64,000 nucleotides of DNA from Schmidtea nova (lineage: Eukaryota): positions 96,038,001-96,102,000 of the forward strand of contig CM097882.1 of the NCBI GenBank assembly GCA_044892505.1. The letters are read 5' to 3'. A program made the position numbers and the translations under genes. Below the pieces are notes generated by a model, which did not search any database, was not told where the DNA came from, and saw nothing but the letters and a program-made list of their open reading frames with translations. Position 1 is the stretch's first letter, and every line of letters begins with the position of its first letter. Shown here one piece after another: positions 61,691-64,000 of the stretch.

Positions 61691-62220
61691 TTATTCATGA
61701 AAATCAGTAATTTTCCAAATAGGTTTTATCCCGTTTTCGGTTTGTTTAAATCCTTGTAAGATAATTTGAATTTGATACATTGAATTTTCATCTAATTTGT
61801 CTAAATCTGTTTCTTTTTTACAGTTCATATATGTGAATTCCTCGTTGAATTGAATATCTTTATTTATTAGCATTAAAATTTCTGATAGATTCTTTCTGTC
61901 AATTTCCCCGATTTTTCCAACCTGAATATTGTATTGACATTGTTTCAATGTAACAGGTTCCTGTAAATAATATTAATTTGATTTTTATAATATTTTAATT
62001 GATTACTTTAAATGAATATTTGATCGGGTATTTCAAATACTCCATCGAGTATTGTAGAAATTGAACTGGTGGATTCAATGCCAAATTAGATGAAGAAATA
62101 GGATTTTCCTCAAGAATAATCTTCATTATTTCTTGTTTTGTCATTCTTTTCGATTCTAGAAAAAATAAATTAAAAAATAATCATTTAAAATTAATTAATC
62201 TTACTTTTCAGTTGATACAT
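61691..62220 (-). CDS. Three-exon Maverick accessory gene (62220-62205, 62155-62007, 61960-61691; 144 aa), possible OB-fold SSB
   Basis: Two canonical GT..AG introns (49 and 46 nt) give one open frame homologous to 3-401; upstream GATTGG, and TATAAAC 37 nt before the ATG. Confidence 0.75.
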
Positions 62221-62421
62221 TTTTTAATGATTATTTTAATTTTATAAGTCGTTTATATAGAAATTTTTAAATTATTTTGACCAATCATAATCAATAAATA
62301 TATATTACGATATTTTGATTTGAATGTGTGTATACACACTTGATATACATCATTGATATTTTATCTTAATTTTTATCATAATTTTTTATCATAATTCTTA
62401 TATTATTTTTTAAATTTATAG

Positions 62422-64000
62422 GCAATTTATATCAAAAATATTGAAACTCCACAATTCATGATGTAAAATGCCATGAATTAATGGAAAAATATTATGCATA
62501 CCCTCATAATTGTAAAACCTACTACATTTGTCCTTTTTGTAAATCTACTTCGTCCTCTTCGTATATTGACTTTTACAATACTCATTGCGATCATTTAGAC
62601 CAATTTAAAACATCTAAAAAATCAATTTTTAAATTACCGCTTAAAAGAAAATGTAATGAAAATAATCCAATCCCAGTCAAAATTAACAAGTCAGTTCTTT
62701 CTGATGATATTTCTTCAGTTGTTCCTCCAATTGTTCATTCAATTGTTCCTTCAGTTAATCCTTTAATTGTTCATTCGGTTGTTCCTTCAGATATAGTTGT
62801 AATTTCTGATGATGATGATAACATTCTTGGTAATGATATCATTCTTGATGATAACATTCTTGGTAATGATACCATTCCTGATGATAACATTCTTGATAAT
62901 GATACCATTCCTGATGATAGCATTCTTGATATAAATAATCTTTCTGATTTTGTGGTTGTAGACACTTTTGATCCTATCGATAATATTCAAATTGGTGGTT
63001 CTTTTGATAAAATTTGTGACGATAAATACTCTTTAGTTCCTGAAGTACAGGTTGGTGGCTCCATTTTACCAGTTGTTAAATTTGATTTAAATAAATCACA
63101 TGCTATAGTGAAAATGATTGTAACTAACTTGAATTTAAAAAGCATGTTTGTACCTGATAATTTAATTAATAAATTAAATAATGTAATTGAAACGATGGGA
63201 ACGGTTAAAATTCAATTTTGCATCGAAGTTGAGTTTGAAAAAGATGGTGCTTTTCAAACTATAGTTATTTCTAACTCTGCAAAACCTGTCACAGATACCT
63301 TTATAGACGATGGCATTAATATTCTTAATGAAAAAATTACATTAATTAATAATAGAGGCAGTAACTGGATAATTAATAAAATTAATGAAATCCATTTCAT
63401 ATTAACCAAATTTTCTGAGATTAGTAGGTTAATAGGTTACGGTGGTATTGACACTCCTGAATCTTTAAAGTCAAAACATTGTGTTGTAAATGTTCAGAAT
63501 TGTGATGACTTGTGCTTTATCTATTCTGTTTTGGTAATTATTAAATATGATGAGATATCTGGTCGTAAAAATAAACATAGGATCAGTAATTACAATCTTT
63601 CAGATGTTAACTTTAGTCCTTCTGATTTGCCTATTCGTCTTTGCAATATCCCAAAGTTTGAAGCTAAAAACCCGGGATATGCGATTAACGTACTTTCATA
63701 TGATGAATCTGGAATTCTAGACACTAAGCCTGAAGTTTTCAAACATCCGTGTATTGACATAATTCATAGGTCGAAAGTAGTAGACGGAATTCCTATTAAC
63801 TTGATTCTTTTGCAAAATGGTGACTCTTTTCATTATATAGCAGTAACCAATCTTGATAGGCTTTTAAATCTTGACAATAAATTAATATCTGGTACTCGTA
63901 TTCAAAGTATATGGTGCCATCGGTGCTTGAATGGGTTTAGATATCAAGATTCATTTGTTCGTCATCAAGAGTTGTGTTCTAAAAATCAATTAGGCACAAC
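62422..64000 (+). CDS. polB: pPolB of element B, N-terminal part (open to the window end; in-frame TGA at 62442-62444, ATG at 62481); absent from the ORF track
   Basis: MEKYY..YYICPFC, KIQFCIEVEFEK, VNVQNCDDLCFIYS, KNPGYAINVL, IIHRSKVVDG, WCHRCLNGF, LCSKNQLGT align with the 2685 ORF. 33-bp repeats at about 62815-62930. Confidence 0.93.

Larger units (their letters stand above)
53332..64000 (+). mobile_element. Maverick/Polinton element B, nearly complete gene set; runs off the window, left terminus not seen
   Basis: ATPase, integrase, two minor capsids, major capsid, protease and pPolB. Single lesions in the TBP-like, ATPase, integrase and pPolB genes indicate early decay or base-call errors. 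Confidence 0.97.

Noticed and set aside
62442-62444. In-frame TGA aligned to a Cys in E1 pPolB (possible selenocysteine or readthrough)
   Set aside because: Element B has comparable single lesions in its ATPase, integrase and TBP-like genes, so a nonsense change or base-call error is simpler. No SECIS was recognised.

Overview
AT-rich eukaryotic genomic DNA with 40-65 nt introns and three N gaps; the host cannot be named from the sequence alone. No host gene is recognisable. The window is a cluster of Maverick/Polinton elements and nested transposons. (1) Right end of Maverick E1 (1-7071) with an intact protein-primed PolB and an ACTACT terminus. (2) A solitary TBP-like pseudogene at about 8.2-8.6 kb. 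(3) Maverick remnant C (14.4-23.2 kb, minus) interrupted by a Gypsy LTR element, itself hit by a hAT transposon. (4) piggyBac and hAT elements and MITEs (24-43 kb). (5) Decayed Maverick A (45.6-52.4 kb). (6) A nearly complete Maverick B (53.3 kb to the window end) in the opposite orientation: packaging ATPase, integrase, two tandem minor capsids, major capsid, adenain-like protease and pPolB. Most notable: this Maverick lineage carries a compact TATA-binding-protein (TBP)-like gene head-to-head with the packaging ATPase (three copies here). A TATAAAC motif lies upstream of almost every morphogenesis gene and is conserved at silent codon positions. The core genes (pPolB, integrase, protease) have spliceosomal introns at conserved positions. 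In element B a three-exon antisense gene sits inside the pPolB intron. All alignments and counts were done by eye; no database searches were possible.
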